Of a stretch of 64,000 nt of DNA, positions 61,597 to 64,000 are shown piece by piece (the first letter of the stretch is position 1; each line of letters opens with the position of its first letter). Position numbers and translations under genes: made by a program. The stretch is from assembly GCA_963734495.1 (NCBI GenBank), contig CAVTHK010000010.1, forward strand, positions 128,001 to 192,000, in the 5' to 3' direction. A model generated the notes under the pieces. That model had not been told where the DNA came from. It did no database searches and worked only from the letters and a program-made list of their open reading frames with translations. The stretch is from an uncultured Spirochaetota bacterium. GTDB lineage: Bacteria; Spirochaetota; Spirochaetia; SZUA-6; CAVTHK01.

Positions 61597-61974
61597 ATGC
61601 CGAACGTAGTCGTGGTGGACGATGACCTGCTCGTGCTCGACGTCATGGTTCACCTGGTCGAAAACCTCGGCCACAAGGTCTGGAGGGCGGGCAATGCGAC
61701 CGAAGCCATCGCCCTGATGAACGGGCCGGGGCACTTCGACCTCGTGATCCTGGACGTCGTGCTGCCCGGGATGTCCGGCATCGAGCTCGCCAAGCGCATC
61801 CAGGCCGGGTTCCCTTCGATTCCGATGATCGCGATGTCCGGCTACATAGGAGACGGCTCGAGCAGCGTGGTCGGTGCTCTCCGCGCCGCGGGCATCAAGG
61901 AGATCCTCCGCAAGCCCGTCGATCGGCAAGCTCTCCAGACTGCTCTCGACAAAGTGCTCGCGCCGCGTCGATAG
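61597..61974 (+). CDS. single-domain response regulator receiver
   Basis: VVDDD, DLVILDVVLPGMSGIEL, MSG, RKP. Confidence 0.93.
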   Translation: MPNVVVVDDDLLVLDVMVHLVENLGHKVWRAGNATEAIALMNGPGHFDLVILDVVLPGMSGIELAKRIQAGFPSIPMIAMSGYIGDGSSSVVGALRAAGIKEILRKPVDRQALQTALDKVLAPRR

Positions 61975-61997
61975 CCTGCCCGCGTCGATAGGCTGCC
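61964..61997. repeat. 17-bp tandem duplication
   Basis: CGCGTCGATAGCCTGCC followed by CGCGTCGATAGGCTGCC. Confidence 0.75.
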
Positions 61998-62006
61998 GAC
62001 CGCGCG

Positions 62007-62384
62007 TCAGCGGCCCGGGGCGGGACGTCCTCGCTCCAGGGCCGCCTTGAGGCGCGCGCGGTCAACCGGCTTCGCGAGCACGCCCCGGATGCCCAGCCTC
62101 TCGAGGACCAGGAGCGTCCAGACCGATTCGGTCGACGTGTGCGCGGATATGGCGACCACGGGAAGCGACGGCCACCGCGCCCGCATCCGCGTCGCGAGCT
62201 CGATCCCCGAGGTGCGCGGCAGGACGAGGTCGATGATCGCCAGGTCGAACCCGCGGGAATCCAGGAGCGCGAGGGCCTGGTCGGCGTCCCCGGCCCTCCA
62301 CGCGCGATGCCCCAGCCCCTTCAGGATCCGCTCGATAACGTGGAGAGCCACGGGATCGTCATCGACCAGGAGTATGTTCGCCAC
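62007..62384 (-). CDS. single-domain response regulator receiver
   Basis: LVDDD, DLAIIDLVLPRTSGIEL, ISA, AKP. Confidence 0.92.
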   Translation of the reverse strand: MANILLVDDDPVALHVIERILKGLGHRAWRAGDADQALALLDSRGFDLAIIDLVLPRTSGIELATRMRARWPSLPVVAISAHTSTESVWTLLVLERLGIRGVLAKPVDRARLKAALERGRPAPGR

Positions 62385-62643
62385 CGATCGACCCCCGAAC
62401 CCTCAGGCGCGGCCGCTCCTCTGCGTGTATTGTAGTCGCAGCTCCCCGCCGCATTCAATGTTGCGGTGCGGCTGCGGCGGTGTTACTCTGCGGGACAGAA
62501 GGACGTCGTGCGGGGCGTCGCACCGGGGATTCCTGCGCGGGGAATGGGGCGGGTCGCCTCCGAGGCGTTGATAGGCGCGTTGTCTCCGGCAGAAGCCTGT
62601 TTCGCGACGGCCGCGAGCGCTTCGTCGGCGCAAGGGGCGAAGC

Positions 62644-64000
62644 ATGGAACGTCTTTGCCTGGGGCTGGACATCGGCTCGATCTCGGTGAACACCGTCCTG
62701 ATCGACGCCGGACGAAACGTCGTCGAGGATCACTACACGTTCTGCCACGGGCGGCCCTTCCAGGCCCTGCACGCCGTGCTGGCCGATCTGTTGAGCCGCC
62801 ACCCGGAATCCACCATTGAGCGGGTGGCGATCACGGGCACGGGGGGCAAGCTCGCCGCGGAGCTGATCGGCGGCCGCTTCGTCAACGAGATCGTCGCGCA
62901 GGCGTGCTCCGTGGCCGCGCTGCATCCCGAGGCGAGGACGGTCATCGAGATCGGCGGAGAGGACTCCAAGCTCCTCATCATGGAGCCGCAGCCGGGCGGC
63001 GCGAAGTCCCGTCTCGCCGACTACGCCATGAACACGATCTGCGCCGCGGGGACGGGCTCCTTTCTGGACCACCAGGCGCGCCGGATCGGGATATCCATCG
63101 AGAAGGAGTTCGGCGAGCTGGCCCTGCTCTCCGAGAACCCGCCCCACATCGCGGGACGCTGCAGCGTGTTCGCCAAGAGCGACATGATCCACCTGCAGCA
63201 GATCGCGACTCCGGTCCAGGACATCGTCGCCGGCCTGTGTTTCGCGGTGGCCCGCAACATACGCAGCAATCTCGCCCGCGGCAGGGATCTGCAGAAGCCG
63301 GTCGTCTTCCAGGGCGGAGTCGCGGCGAACGCGGCGTCGCGCGCGCGTTTCGCGAGGTGCTGAACCTGCGGGACGGCGAGCTGATCATCCCGGAGCACCA
63401 CGCCTCGATGGGCGCCATCGGCGCCGTGTTCCACGTCCTCGACCATCCGGCCGCGACGATGGCCGGTTCAGGGGACTGGCGGCGCTCGCGAGCGCGCCTG
63501 GAGAACCCCTCCCGCAACCTTCCGAGCTGGGAGCCGCTGGAGCGCCCCTGCGCCGGCGGGCGCAAGGACATCGTGCCGAGACCGGACGCGGGCGCAAGGC
63601 TCGCGGTGTATCTCGGGATCGACGTCGGCTCCGTCAGCACGAACGTCGTGCTGATCGACGACGACAACGAACGTGGTGGCGCGCCGGTACCTCGCCACCG
63701 CCTCGCGCCCGCTCGAAGCGATCCGCAGCGGCCTTTCGGAGATCTACGAGGAGCTGGGCGACCGGGTCGAGCGTCGCCGGGCGTCGGCACGACCGGCTCC
63801 GGCCGGCACCTGACCGGCGCGTTTGTCGGCGCCGACACCGTCAAGAACGAGATCACGGCCCAGGCGACCGCCGCCGTCTTCTACCACCCGGAAGTCGACA
63901 CCATCTTCGAGATCGGCGGCCAGGACTCCAAGTACATCAGCATCGACAACGGCGTCATCGTCGACTTCGAGATGAACAAGGTCTGCGCGGCGGGCACCGG
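62644..64000 (+). CDS. acyl-CoA dehydratase activase (tandem BadF/BcrAD ATPase domains), partial, apparent frameshifts near 63335, 63670, 63780
   Basis: LGLDIGSIS, TGTG, EIGGEDSK, MNTICAAGTGSFLD, AGRCSVFAKSDMIHLQQ; second repeat LGIDVGSVST...EIGGQDSKY...MNKVCAAGT. Confidence 0.92.

Overview
A GC-rich bacterial chromosomal segment, most likely from a free-living Spirochaetia. This is an inference from a DUF5312-like protein, an Hsp70-SBD/LysM protein beside an Slt, an spd/mt-type EF-G1, an orphan NeuB/SpsE and a Lol-like cassette. Most genes are housekeeping: proA (partial), mnmE-mnmG-rsmG, pcm, ribA, fusA, proC, serS, recC-recB-recD, recQ-like, alr, hflX, tRNA-Leu(GAG), plsC and a partial acyl-CoA dehydratase activase. 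Accessory or poorly characterised blocks are a four-gene envelope operon (CsgG/FlgT-like beta-barrel protein plus three LPP20/FlgT-like lipoproteins), two coupled DNA methyltransferases with no endonuclease, an orphan sugar-binding protein, a zinc-finger-less ClpX paralogue next to an M28 glutaminyl-cyclase-like enzyme, and an island-like stretch after tRNA-Leu. Two window-wide patterns stand out: (1) at least nine genes have a sigma70 -10 box only 6-8 nt before the start codon and no Shine-Dalgarno, suggesting leaderless mRNAs; (2) five of six predicted signal-peptidase-I substrates have Gln at +1, resembling the Bacteroidetes Q-rule. Many conserved genes carry single-base frameshifts, most likely long-read assembly errors. 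I saw no CRISPR array, rRNA, transposase or integrase. All family calls are by eye from motifs, with no database search.
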